Shown here: positions 1 to 9,321 of the stretch, in pieces
Position numbering within the stretch: the first letter of the stretch is position 1
How the letters are laid out: each line of letters begins with the position of its first letter
DNA from: an uncultured Marinoscillum sp.
Lineage (GTDB): Bacteria; Bacteroidota; Bacteroidia; Cytophagales; MED-G16
Length of the DNA stretch: 64,000 nt
Direction of reading: 5' to 3'
Assembly: GCA_964527965.1 (NCBI GenBank)
Contig: CAZGPH010000006.1
Span: 175-64,174 of the forward strand
Notes under the pieces: model-generated
What the model was told of the DNA's origin: nothing
The model's database searches: none
What the model saw: the letters and a program-made list of their open reading frames with translations, nothing else
Program-made: the position numbers and the translations under genes

Positions 1-378
1 ACTCTCTAACCAATCGAAATCCATGATTACATTTCCTGAATCTGTCTCTACCAAAAATTTACCAACATTTCTTAATGAGGCATGTGCGGAATTTTTATCA
101 ATATCTATCTCAAAGTCTGATAACTCCCAATTATCTTCTAGGGTTTTAAAAGTGCTCACAAACTCAATAAACTCTTCCATCGTATACTTCTTCTGATTTT
201 CAAAAATGAAATAATCATCAGTTACCAATTCATAGAGTTTGTTTTTATCTGGATTATCTACTGACAAAACTCCAAAAAATTCATCAAATTTATCTTTAAC
301 TTCTTGTTCAGTAATATCAGTTTGATTTGATGAATTGCAAGAAAAAATAAAGAATATTAAAAGGAAAAAATATCTCAT
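1..378 (-). CDS. Lipoprotein with probable NTF2-like/DUF4440-type fold (partial; 3' end runs off the window)
   Basis: Not in the ORF track; translated by hand from ATG at 378: MRYFFLLIFFIFSCNSSNQTDITEQEVKDKFDEFFGVLSVDNPDKNKLYELVTDDYFIFENQKKYTMEEFIEFV..., open to position 1. Lipobox-like FSC. Helix/strand pattern resembles NTF2-like domains. Confidence 0.7.
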   Translation of the reverse strand, partial: MRYFFLLIFFIFSCNSSNQTDITEQEVKDKFDEFFGVLSVDNPDKNKLYELVTDDYFIFENQKKYTMEEFIEFVSTFKTLEDNWELSDFEIDIDKNSAHASLRNVGKFLVETDSGNVIMDFDWLES

Positions 379-420
379 GTGTACTAGTTTAAAAGTTTAA
401 TTATTTAATATAAAAGTAAT

Positions 421-603
421 TTATTTTTCTTTTCTTGAAAAATACTCTTTATAAGTGTTGAAATTCCAAAAATTAATTCCAAGAGATAATAGGAAAGGGA
501 TCAATGCCTCAAACCACAGACCTTTAAATAAAAGATATAATAGCACAACAAATAAAGATGTGTCAATAAGTAATAGAATGCTTACTTTCTGTTTTAAATT
601 CAT
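421..603 (-). CDS. Small hypothetical membrane protein (60 aa, two hydrophobic segments)
   Basis: ATG start, fills the gap between co-oriented genes, two TM-like stretches and a basic C-tail. Confidence 0.6.
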   Translation of the reverse strand: MNLKQKVSILLLIDTSLFVVLLYLLFKGLWFEALIPFLLSLGINFWNFNTYKEYFSRKEK

Positions 604-657
604 ATTACAATCTTAAAAAAATACTATCTAGAAATGAAATAATGATAATTAAGAATA

Positions 658-1560
658 TTAAAAAAATATTTCTTGAGCTAGCCTGAAGGTGTTTGAGTGA
701 GCTTCTATAATATTCTTAAGCTCTAAAGAATATCCTCCGCCCATACTTACTTGTACGGGGATAGAATTTGTTTTACAAAGGTTCAGCACATATTTATCTC
801 TCTCTTTGCATCCATTAAGAGTTAAAGATAATTTTCCAAGCTTATCATTTTCCATAATATCAACTCCAGATAGATAGAAAACAAAATCAGGCTCAAAATC
901 ATCGATTACCCTTGGCAATATTTCTTTAACTTTTCTTAAATAGTACTCATCTCCTACGCCATCTTCTAATGCTAAATCAAAATCACTATCTTCTTTCTTA
1001 AATGGATAATTATTTTTACCATGGAAAGAAAGTGTAAAAACATTTTTAATTCCTTTAAAAATAGAGGCTGTTCCATTTCCCTGATGAACATCAAGATCTA
1101 TTATTAATATTTTTTTACATAATTTATTTTCTATTAAATAATTAGCAGAAATCGCCTGATCATTTAACATACAAAATGCTTCCCCTCTGTCTTTGAAAGC
1201 ATGGTGAGTGCCTCCTGCTATATTCATAGAAATCCTATTTTTCAGAGAGTATAATGTAGAATCAATTGTTCCCTGTGATATTATTTTCTCTCTATTCACA
1301 AGTTCTCTACTCATAGGAAATCCTATTGGTCTTAACTCCGATTTTGTTAAAGAAAGAGAAACCAACCTATCAAAATAATCTCTTTCGTGAGTTAGCAATG
1401 CATCTTTATCAGAGATCTGTTTTGGTATAAAAAAGTTATCATCAACACAACTACCTTCTCTTAGTAGCTGCTCAGGGATTAGCTCATATTTAATCATAGG
1501 AAATCTATGATTTTTCTCTAGTGGATAAATATATGTTTTATCAAATGCTATTTTTAACAT
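658..1560 (-). CDS. Histone deacetylase family (Zn-dependent deacylase) protein
   Basis: HRFPMIKY, GGTHHA, DLDVHQGNG, SGVD and GGGY motifs of the HDAC/AcuC family. Confidence 0.93.
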   Translation of the reverse strand: MLKIAFDKTYIYPLEKNHRFPMIKYELIPEQLLREGSCVDDNFFIPKQISDKDALLTHERDYFDRLVSLSLTKSELRPIGFPMSRELVNREKIISQGTIDSTLYSLKNRISMNIAGGTHHAFKDRGEAFCMLNDQAISANYLIENKLCKKILIIDLDVHQGNGTASIFKGIKNVFTLSFHGKNNYPFKKEDSDFDLALEDGVGDEYYLRKVKEILPRVIDDFEPDFVFYLSGVDIMENDKLGKLSLTLNGCKERDKYVLNLCKTNSIPVQVSMGGGYSLELKNIIEAHSNTFRLAQEIFF

Positions 1561-1578
1561 TAAATATTAAAAAAGAAA

Positions 1579-2493
1579 TTATCTCAAACCATTTATATCA
1601 AATTTGGAAAAGAAATTCCAAATTAAAACATTAGTATCTATATCACCATTGTCCCATCCTTTATTATCTGCCTCTGATGATGGCCATGAGTGCCCACCTC
1701 CTACAACCTTATAATGATCAACTTCAACTCCATTTGCGCCGTTTTTCCAAGAATAATATTTAACAGTACTTCCATCCGATGTATTTATATCATCTATATC
1801 CGTAATAATAGGTTCAGAATCTGTGCTATTAAATAAAGTCCAATAATTATTAGAATCATCTACTGATAGGTAGTAAGAAGCTATTCCTTGGTAATTGTCT
1901 TCAGTTCCATTTACAGATAGAAAAGGAGTTGGATGTGTTGGAGAACAATCGTTATATGTATCTATAAACATATGTCCTGCTACAGAAGCAAAAGCCGCAA
2001 TTTTATTACTCAGTTTACAAGCCAATTCAAATGAGAGATATGCTCCATTAGAAAATCCCGTTACATAAATTCTATCTTGATCTACAGAATAAAAATTAGA
2101 AATTTTTTGTATAAGATGAGAAATATAACCCACATCGTCTACATCAGTTGCTTTAGAATTAACACCACCAAGATTCCAGGTAGGTATTTCATTAGAATCA
2201 CTTGTTGCCTGAGGATAAACTAATATAAAATATCCAGTCTCAGATAGACTCCTCATGTCACTAACACTATTCATCTGCTCTTGGGCAGTATCGCCTCCCC
2301 CGTGAAGATTAAATACAATTGGTATATTTTGGTTTTCATCGTATGCTTCAGGAACATATAATATATAATCTCTACTTAATCCATCAAAAAATGTAGACTG
2401 ATAGTATAGTCCTTTATTACCTGTTATCTCCTCGCTTTCATTAGAACAAGATATAATTAATAAAAGGCAGAGAATGGATTTAATTTTTTTCAT
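1579..2493 (-). CDS. Lipoprotein alpha/beta-hydrolase, PHB-depolymerase/LpqC-like esterase
   Basis: Lipobox IISC, LHGGG oxyanion motif, VYPQA, DDVGYI, nucleophile elbow GFSNG, GGGHSWP. Confidence 0.85.
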   Translation of the reverse strand: MKKIKSILCLLLIISCSNESEEITGNKGLYYQSTFFDGLSRDYILYVPEAYDENQNIPIVFNLHGGGDTAQEQMNSVSDMRSLSETGYFILVYPQATSDSNEIPTWNLGGVNSKATDVDDVGYISHLIQKISNFYSVDQDRIYVTGFSNGAYLSFELACKLSNKIAAFASVAGHMFIDTYNDCSPTHPTPFLSVNGTEDNYQGIASYYLSVDDSNNYWTLFNSTDSEPIITDIDDINTSDGSTVKYYSWKNGANGVEVDHYKVVGGGHSWPSSEADNKGWDNGDIDTNVLIWNFFSKFDINGLR

Positions 2494-2527
2494 AAAGTTT
2501 GTTTTTAAAATAACTAAATTTAGGACT

Positions 2528-3031
2528 ATGAATTTAGAATACGTAAAAAAGAAAATTGAGTTTTATCAAGACTTTCCTATTGAAGGAGTAGAGTATATTG
2601 ATCTAAACCCAATATATAAGGACCCAAAGGCTAGAGATATACTTGTAGAGAAGTGTATTGAATTGATAAAAGACTTAGATTTTGATTACTTAGCTCTAAT
2701 AGAGTCTAGAGGTTTTCTTATAGGATCAATTTTAGCTGATAAATTAAATAAAGGAATTATTCTTTGCAGGAGTAAGAAAGACAGATTACCAGGAAAAATA
2801 CAGACTGTTAGACATAAACTTGAATATGGTGAGGCAGTGATGCAGGTTCAAGAGGGAGAAGGTAAAGTACTAATTTTTGATGATGTCCTTGCAACTGGAG
2901 GGACAGCGAATGGAGCTTTTAGGGTATTAAATCGAGGAGGATATACACCAGTTCATTCACTTTTCTTAGTAGAACTATCACAATTTGATGTAAAATGTGA
3001 TACTAAATTCAATAGTGCGATTGTACTATAA
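2528..3031 (+). CDS. apt: Adenine phosphoribosyltransferase
   Basis: DFPIEGVEYID, ESRGF, LEYG and PRPP-binding DDVLATGGT. Start moved to ATG 2528 because the track start at 2474 overlaps the divergent gene. Confidence 0.88.
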   Translation: MNLEYVKKKIEFYQDFPIEGVEYIDLNPIYKDPKARDILVEKCIELIKDLDFDYLALIESRGFLIGSILADKLNKGIILCRSKKDRLPGKIQTVRHKLEYGEAVMQVQEGEGKVLIFDDVLATGGTANGAFRVLNRGGYTPVHSLFLVELSQFDVKCDTKFNSAIVL

Positions 3032-3113
3032 ATTCAATTATAGGGATTCCTATTTATTCAAATAAATTTAGTAGAATAATAGTAATGATTAAATAATTAT
3101 TTAGAAGGAAAAT

Positions 3114-3203
<90 letters not shown>

Positions 3204-3215
3204 ATAATTTAATGG

Positions 3216-3223
3216 CAAATATA
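3216..3223 (-). promoter_or_regulatory. Bacteroidota -7 promoter box (TATATTTG) for tRNA-Ser
   Basis: Exact TAnnTTTG match ending 13 nt upstream of the tRNA 5' end. Confidence 0.7.
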
Positions 3224-3296
3224 ATTACATCATCTTCATGTCATAAATTTTTTTAATTTTTTCTAAATGTGAAAAAGGGTTAAATACTCAACGAAC

Positions 3297-3329
3297 TTTG
3301 TCTAAAAAAAATTCATTTTCTTAGTTTTG
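3297..3329 (+). promoter_or_regulatory. Bacteroidota housekeeping promoter TTTG-N21-TAGTTTTG for the VWA/TPR/purC operon
   Basis: TTTG at 3297-3300 and TAnnTTTG at 3322-3329 with canonical spacing; ATG follows at 3333. Confidence 0.75.
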
Positions 3330-3332
3330 CTT

Positions 3333-4304
3333 ATGAATTTTTTAAAATCACTTGATTACAGTGAGTTAAGTTTATTTTTTTTATTTGTAATCTTCTATAG
3401 TATATATCTAATAAGAGTATTTAGAATAAATAAAAAAATTGAAGTATCGATAAAAAAAGTTATCTATAAATTCATTTTAAGATCTCTTTACTTTTTTCTT
3501 ATGATTGTAGCTTTACTTGGACCTACATTTGGAGATAATAAAAAAGAGGTTAATATAGTTGGCAAAGATATCATGATTCTTGTTGACTTATCTGAATCAA
3601 TGAATGCAGATGATATTAAACCAACTAGATTAGAAAAAGTAAAATTTGAAATGAAGAAAATTATTAATCAATTTTCTTCAGATAGAATTGGGATAATAAT
3701 GTTTTCAAGTGAAGCTTATGTCCAGTGTCCTCTAACATACGACAAGAATGCTCTAAATTTATTTATAGAAACTTTAAATACTAGTCTGGTTCCCAACTCA
3801 GGAACAGACTTCGGGCCAGCTCTTGAATTAAGTTTATCAAAACTAGAAGATGAAACATCTAATAATAAAGAGATCAATTCTAAAGTAATAATTTTAATAT
3901 CTGACGGAGAAGATTTTGGAGAAGACACAGGATCATCATTAGAACAAATTAAGAGCTCATCTATCAAATTGTTTTCAGTAGGAATCGGTAGTACTCAAGG
4001 AAGTAAGATATTATTAAGAAATGGAAAATTTAAAAAAGATAATGAGGGAAATGATGTTGTCACCAAACTAAACTCTAATTCACTAAAGGAAACAGCATCA
4101 TATACTGGAGGAAAATATTTTGAGATTTCAAATGAAATGAATCAGACTGATAATTTGATTTCAGAGATAGTAAATATAAAAGGAGATTATATTGAGTCAA
4201 AGACTGTTGATGTGACAGAAAATAAATATTTTTATTTTTTATTTTCAGCACTAATTTTAATGCTGATAGATTTCACATTTAGTTTTAAAATTATTTCTAT
4301 ATGA
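3333..4304 (+). CDS. VWA-domain membrane protein, BatB-like
   Basis: N-terminal TM pair, MIDAS DLSESM, RLEKVK, DRIGII, GTDFG, ISDGED, C-terminal TM. ATG 3333 preferred because the TTG at 3327 lies inside the -7 box. Confidence 0.85.
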   Translation: MNFLKSLDYSELSLFFLFVIFYSIYLIRVFRINKKIEVSIKKVIYKFILRSLYFFLMIVALLGPTFGDNKKEVNIVGKDIMILVDLSESMNADDIKPTRLEKVKFEMKKIINQFSSDRIGIIMFSSEAYVQCPLTYDKNALNLFIETLNTSLVPNSGTDFGPALELSLSKLEDETSNNKEINSKVIILISDGEDFGEDTGSSLEQIKSSSIKLFSVGIGSTQGSKILLRNGKFKKDNEGNDVVTKLNSNSLKETASYTGGKYFEISNEMNQTDNLISEIVNIKGDYIESKTVDVTENKYFYFLFSALILMLIDFTFSFKIISI

Positions 4305-5053
4305 TTTACATACTAATATTAATTCTTTCAATATCATCAATAGACAGAGTTGATAACATAAATAAATTGACTAAATCTGCTGAAAAATCTTTCATAGAAA
4401 AAAAATATAACGAGTCGATAGAAAGTTATAAGATATTAATTGACTCATTTGATTATAAGAATGAGAAGATATACCTAAACCTTGGGCATTCGTACTTACT
4501 ATCAGGTGATACACTTAATGCTATTGAAAGTTATAATTATGCCTCTCTCACTGAAAATAAACGAGTAAGATCTATTGCTTTCCAACAACTTGGTAATATC
4601 AATGAAAAAAATAATAAACTAGAAGAGGCATTAAATCTTTACAAAAGATCCATCATCTCTGATAATAGTAATGATGACTCAAAATTTAATTATGAGCTTG
4701 TAAAGAAAAAGATGGATAAGGAAAAAAATAAAGAAGAAAATAAGAAGGATAACCAAGATCAAAAAGATAATAAAAAAGAAAACTCTGATAATAAAAAACA
4801 GGATCAAAAAGGCAAAGAAGAGAAAGAAGAAAAAGAGCAGAAAAATGAGAAACAAGAATCTCAAAATAAAGAAGAAAATAAGAAGAAGAAGAGTAATGAA
4901 GAGTCTATAGAAGAGAAATTAAAGAAAATAAATATGAGTAAGAAGAAAGCTGAAATGATATTAGACGCATTAAATAATAATGAATTTCAGTATATTCAGC
5001 AGTTAAAAAGAAAGCCTAGTAAAAAATTAAATAAAAATAAACCTGACTGGTAA
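4301..5053 (+). CDS. TPR protein with K/E/Q/N-rich linker, BatC-like
   Basis: TPR-like repeats (YLNLGHSY, AFQQLGNI), low-complexity charged linker, C-terminal KPDW; ATGA-coupled to the VWA gene. Confidence 0.8.
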   Translation: MIYILILILSISSIDRVDNINKLTKSAEKSFIEKKYNESIESYKILIDSFDYKNEKIYLNLGHSYLLSGDTLNAIESYNYASLTENKRVRSIAFQQLGNINEKNNKLEEALNLYKRSIISDNSNDDSKFNYELVKKKMDKEKNKEENKKDNQDQKDNKKENSDNKKQDQKGKEEKEEKEQKNEKQESQNKEENKKKKSNEESIEEKLKKINMSKKKAEMILDALNNNEFQYIQQLKRKPSKKLNKNKPDW

Positions 5054-5988
5054 TGGGAAGCGCCATACAGAATACAGACTTTAAATTTGACAACCTACTA
5101 AAGAAATATACTGGTAAGGTAAGAGATGTATATCACTTTGATCAAAAATTAGTTATGGTAGTAAGTGATAGGATCAGTGCATTCGATGTGGTACTTCCAA
5201 AACCAATACCTTTTAAAGGCCAAATTCTTAATCAAATAGCTGAGAAATTTCTTAAACTAACAGAAAATATTGTACCTAACTGGATAGACTCAGTCCCTGA
5301 TCCTAATGTGACAATAGGAAAAAAATGTGATACATTTCCTGTTGAAATGGTAATTAGAGGTTATCTCACTGGACATGCTTGGAGAGAATATAAGGAAGGG
5401 AAAAGGATTTTATGTGGAGTAAAAATGCCTGATGGGATGAAGGAACATGATAAGTTCCCTAACCCTATAATTACCCCGACAACCAAGGCAAAAGTTGGTC
5501 ACGATATAGATATTTCGAGAGAGGATATTATTTCATCAGGAATAGTTAGCAAGGCAGATTATGAAAAACTTGAAAATTATACATGTCAGCTATATAAAAA
5601 AGGCACAGAATACGCACTCTCAAAAAATTTATTATTAGTTGATACTAAATATGAATTCGGAAAATATAAGAATGATATTATTTTAATAGATGAAATTCAT
5701 ACTCCCGACTCTTCAAGATACTTTTATGCAGATACATATCAAGAACTTCAAGATAAAAATCAGGGTCAGAGACAATTATCTAAAGAATTTGTAAGACAGT
5801 GGTTAATTGAAAATGGATTCCAAGGAAAAGAAAATCAGGAAGTTCCTCTAATGAGTGATGAAATAGTAAATTCAATATCTAAAAGGTATATTGAATTGTA
5901 TGAAAATATAACTGGAGAAGATTTTATAAAAAGAAAAACGGAAAATATGATGAAAGATATCGAATCGAATATTAAAATTGCATTATGA
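5053..5988 (+). CDS. purC: Phosphoribosylaminoimidazole-succinocarboxamide synthase
   Basis: GKVRDVY, SDRISAFDV, PVEMVIRGY, VDTKYEFG, DEIHTPDSSR, LSKEFVRQW. Confidence 0.97.
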   Translation: MGSAIQNTDFKFDNLLKKYTGKVRDVYHFDQKLVMVVSDRISAFDVVLPKPIPFKGQILNQIAEKFLKLTENIVPNWIDSVPDPNVTIGKKCDTFPVEMVIRGYLTGHAWREYKEGKRILCGVKMPDGMKEHDKFPNPIITPTTKAKVGHDIDISREDIISSGIVSKADYEKLENYTCQLYKKGTEYALSKNLLLVDTKYEFGKYKNDIILIDEIHTPDSSRYFYADTYQELQDKNQGQRQLSKEFVRQWLIENGFQGKENQEVPLMSDEIVNSISKRYIELYENITGEDFIKRKTENMMKDIESNIKIAL

Positions 5989-6350
5989 AATATGAAATAG
6001 AAAAGAATGATTTGTACTATGTACTTACACCTAAAGAAGAGAAAATAGATTCTGTTCTAGCACCAACATTAAAAGCAGACTTAATTACTTATGAAGTTGA
6101 AGGAGCAAAAAATATAATTCTTGACCTTAAAAATGTAAAGTTTATGGATTCATCAGGCCTTAGTGCTATGCTTGTTGGAAACAGAACATTTAGAGAAAAA
6201 AATTGTTCTTTTGTGATATGTAATGTAAATAATCATATCGAAAAAGTACTTAAAATATCTAAGCTAGATACTGTTCTTGATATTTTACCAACACTCCAAG
6301 AAGCTATTGACTCAATCCAATTGGATGAAATAGAAAAAGGGATGAATTAG
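5985..6350 (+). CDS. STAS-domain anti-sigma-factor antagonist
   Basis: ILDLKNVKFMDSSGLSAML with the conserved phosphorylatable Ser. Confidence 0.9.
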   Translation: MKYEIEKNDLYYVLTPKEEKIDSVLAPTLKADLITYEVEGAKNIILDLKNVKFMDSSGLSAMLVGNRTFREKNCSFVICNVNNHIEKVLKISKLDTVLDILPTLQEAIDSIQLDEIEKGMN

Positions 6351-6360
6351 CATCTACCTA

Positions 6361-7116
6361 ATGAGTGTACTCAAAATAGAAGAAAAAAATAAGTTAAATA
6401 ATATTTTCATAATCCTTACAGGGATTTTTATCACGAACGCAATTATTGCTGAAATCTTAGGAACTAAAATTTTTGATTTTTCATTTGTAAAAAACTTTAG
6501 CTTATCAGTCGGTGTTCTTATCTGGCCAGTAGTTTTCATTACAACAGACATAATAAATGAATACTTTGGAAAAAGTGGTGTAAAAAAAATATCATACTTT
6601 ACAATCATCCTAATCTTATATGTATTCTTAATTGTTTTTCTTTCAACAAAATTAATTCCTAATACATATTGGCTAAATATAAATAGTACTGATAACTCTG
6701 GAAACCCATTTAATATAGATTATGCATACAACACAATATTTCTTCAGAGTACAGGTATAATAATAGGTTCTGTTTTTGCTTTTCTAATAGCACAACTTCT
6801 AGATGTATTCATTTTCCAAAAAATTAAAAAAATAACTAAGGGGAAATTCATATGGTTAAGAGCAACTGGATCAACTTTAATATCTCAATTAATTGATAGC
6901 TTCGTAGTTCTTACCATAGCATTTTATTTTCTTGCTCCTGAGGGAAAAGAATGGTCTATAAACCAAGTTTTTGTAGTTGGCTTTGATAATTATACATTTA
7001 AATTTTTTGTGGCTATTATTATAACTCCTTTTATTTATTTAGCTCATTACCTAATCGATTCCTATCTTGGAAAAGATTTAGCAGAAAAAGCTAAAGAGCA
7101 TGCTCTAAAAGATTAA
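6361..7116 (+). CDS. Queuosine precursor transporter (YhhQ/VUT family)
   Basis: TTDIINEYFG, AQLLDV, WLRATGSTLISQLIDS; multiple TM helices. Confidence 0.9.
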   Translation: MSVLKIEEKNKLNNIFIILTGIFITNAIIAEILGTKIFDFSFVKNFSLSVGVLIWPVVFITTDIINEYFGKSGVKKISYFTIILILYVFLIVFLSTKLIPNTYWLNINSTDNSGNPFNIDYAYNTIFLQSTGIIIGSVFAFLIAQLLDVFIFQKIKKITKGKFIWLRATGSTLISQLIDSFVVLTIAFYFLAPEGKEWSINQVFVVGFDNYTFKFFVAIIITPFIYLAHYLIDSYLGKDLAEKAKEHALKD

Positions 7117-7140
7117 ACTTTTAATTTTTATATTTACACT

Positions 7141-7383
7141 ATGAGAAGCACTTTTATAATCATATATAAAATTTTAGGGTTTCTTCTTCTATTTTTTTTA
7201 CTCGGCACGTTATTTGTGTTTATAGAGACAGTCGCAATAGAAGATCAAACAAAATCATTTATAGATGAATCTGGTATTCTTCAGAATAAATATGAAAAGA
7301 GTTTAATTCCAATTTTTGCTTCTTTATTATTTTCATATCTTTTGGCATTTCAGATACCATGGTTCAGAAAAAAAGAAAGTTAA
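7141..7383 (+). CDS. Hypothetical two-TM membrane protein (80 aa)
   Basis: ATG start preceded by a TATATTTA box, two hydrophobic helices, fills the gap. Confidence 0.65.
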   Translation: MRSTFIIIYKILGFLLLFFLLGTLFVFIETVAIEDQTKSFIDESGILQNKYEKSLIPIFASLLFSYLLAFQIPWFRKKES

Positions 7384-8114
7384 TTGTTTATAATATTATC
7401 TAATATTATCCCACTTGACACAGATACATTCAGAGACTCAGCTTTTCCATCTCCTTTAATGGAAAGCCAACCTTGAATATATTTTTTTAAATCATCTCGG
7501 ACTCCATTTGATTCACTTCCAAACAAGACAATTCCTTCTTTGATAGATTTTGGATCTATACTCCCCTCCATTTCAGATTTAGTGCCATAAATTTTTAATT
7601 GGCTTCTCTGAAATATTTTTGATAAATCATCATAAAAGACGTTAACTCTTGTAAAAGAGCCCATACTTGACTGAATTGTTTTAGGGTTATATAATTCAAC
7701 AGTATTTTTAGAACATATAATATTCTTAACTCCAAACCAGTCTGCATTTCTAATTATAGTTCCTAAGTTACCAGGGTCATTTATAGAATCTAAAGCTATC
7801 ATTAGTCCATTAATTTTAGAATTAGAAAAAATATTAGACTTAGACTTTACTACAGATAGTCCAATTTTATTTTTTTTAAGGTTACTTATTTTTTCAATTT
7901 CCTCTTCCTCTAGAATAAATATATTTTCAGAGGGAAGATAAGATTTGTTGTAATTGAATACTTTTCTAGAGATTACAGTAAATAAAATATCATAGGTAGA
8001 GTTATTGACTTCTATTATTCCTTTTAATCCCTCAACAATGAAAAGATTTAAACTTTCTCTACTCTTCTTATTCTTAAGTGATTTAATTAATTTAAGTTTA
8101 GATTTAGATAGCAT
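7380..8114 (-). CDS. TrmH/SpoU family RNA methyltransferase
   Basis: FIVEG, DPGNLGTIIRNADWFG, FGSESNG, ESLNVSVS SPOUT motifs. Confidence 0.93.
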   Translation of the reverse strand: MLSKSKLKLIKSLKNKKSRESLNLFIVEGLKGIIEVNNSTYDILFTVISRKVFNYNKSYLPSENIFILEEEEIEKISNLKKNKIGLSVVKSKSNIFSNSKINGLMIALDSINDPGNLGTIIRNADWFGVKNIICSKNTVELYNPKTIQSSMGSFTRVNVFYDDLSKIFQRSQLKIYGTKSEMEGSIDPKSIKEGIVLFGSESNGVRDDLKKYIQGWLSIKGDGKAESLNVSVSSGIILDNIINN

Positions 8115-8146
8115 AATCTTGAATTTAAAAAATAAATTTAATCATA

Positions 8147-8692
8147 TTGTTTGAATACATTAAAGCTTTAGATAGAGAGATAACTATTTTTTTAAATAAT
8201 TTATCTCATGAATATCTAGATATCATAATGATAATTCTAAGTAATAAGTTTGTATGGATTCCATTATACTTATTCTTGATATTGTGGTTATGGCATTATA
8301 ATAATAAATTTTTTATTAGAAATATCATATTATGTATTTCTGCAGTTCTTATTTCTGACTTTATAACAAGTTCAATGATGAAGCCTTACTTTGAAAGATT
8401 AAGACCATGTAATGACCCATTAATATCAGAGTTTATAAATATAGTATCTGGTTGTGGAAGAAAATTTAGTTTTGCTTCATCTCATGCATCTACAACTTTC
8501 TCATTAGCTACCATAATATATTTATTATCAGATAAAAAAATCAAATATCTTTTTTTATGGAGTATAATGATTGGATATAGCAGAGTTTATCTAGGCGTTC
8601 ACTTTTTTATGGATATTATTTTTGGTTTTATTGTAGGCTTTTTAACATCAATAATTATTTATCGTATATCTAAAAAAATTCACTCGTTTTGA
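8147..8692 (+). CDS. PAP2 family phosphatase
   Basis: KPYFERLRP, SFASSHA, SRVYLGVHF; TM helices. Confidence 0.9.
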   Translation: MFEYIKALDREITIFLNNLSHEYLDIIMIILSNKFVWIPLYLFLILWLWHYNNKFFIRNIILCISAVLISDFITSSMMKPYFERLRPCNDPLISEFINIVSGCGRKFSFASSHASTTFSLATIIYLLSDKKIKYLFLWSIMIGYSRVYLGVHFFMDIIFGFIVGFLTSIIIYRISKKIHSF

Positions 8693-9321
8693 AATTACAT
8701 ATTTTATTAATCTTCATGTCATCATTAATTTCTTGCAACCAAGAAATAAAAAAGCTGCCAATTTACGGAAGGAATGAAATAACTAAAAAAGTTTTAAATG
8801 GTGAGATCGTTATTGATACAATAAATCACTCCATAAAAAATTTTTCTTTCTATAATCAGGATAGTACTAAGGTAACAAGAGATACATTTGATAATGCAAT
8901 ATATGTAGCTGACTTTTTTTTCACTACGTGCCCTACAATCTGTCCAATAATGCAAAATAATTTACTTTTAGTCTATAATGAATTTTCAGAAAATAAAAAC
9001 GTGAAATATCTTTCTCATACAATTAACCCAGAATATGACAATACCAAAATACTAAAAAAATATGCTGAAAGGTTAGGAGTAAGTTCGGATAGATGGCACT
9101 TTGTTACAGGAGAAATAGAACATATTTATAAAATAGCTAAAGACAGTTACATGGTTAGTGCACTTGAAGATAAAAATGAACCCGGTGGGTTTTTACATAG
9201 TGGTACTTTTCTACTCATAGATACCAACAAAAATATAAGAGGAATATATGATGGAACTAGTGAGGTAGAGATGTATAGGCTTATGAGTGATATAAAAATA
9301 TTATTAAAATCTAATTCTTAA
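8689..9321 (+). CDS. SCO family copper chaperone lipoprotein
   Basis: Lipobox ISC, CPTIC motif and distal His (FLHSG). Confidence 0.93.
   Translation: MKLHILLIFMSSLISCNQEIKKLPIYGRNEITKKVLNGEIVIDTINHSIKNFSFYNQDSTKVTRDTFDNAIYVADFFFTTCPTICPIMQNNLLLVYNEFSENKNVKYLSHTINPEYDNTKILKKYAERLGVSSDRWHFVTGEIEHIYKIAKDSYMVSALEDKNEPGGFLHSGTFLLIDTNKNIRGIYDGTSEVEMYRLMSDIKILLKSNS

Noticed and set aside
2474-2527. N-terminal extension of apt from the track start
   Set aside because: Overlaps the start of the divergent esterase; ATG 2528 gives a normal APRT N-terminus and has a -7-like box upstream.
4679-4864. Hydrophobic 61-aa antisense ORF
   Set aside because: Mirror of the K/E-rich low-complexity linker of the TPR gene (poly-purine read as Phe/Leu/Ile).
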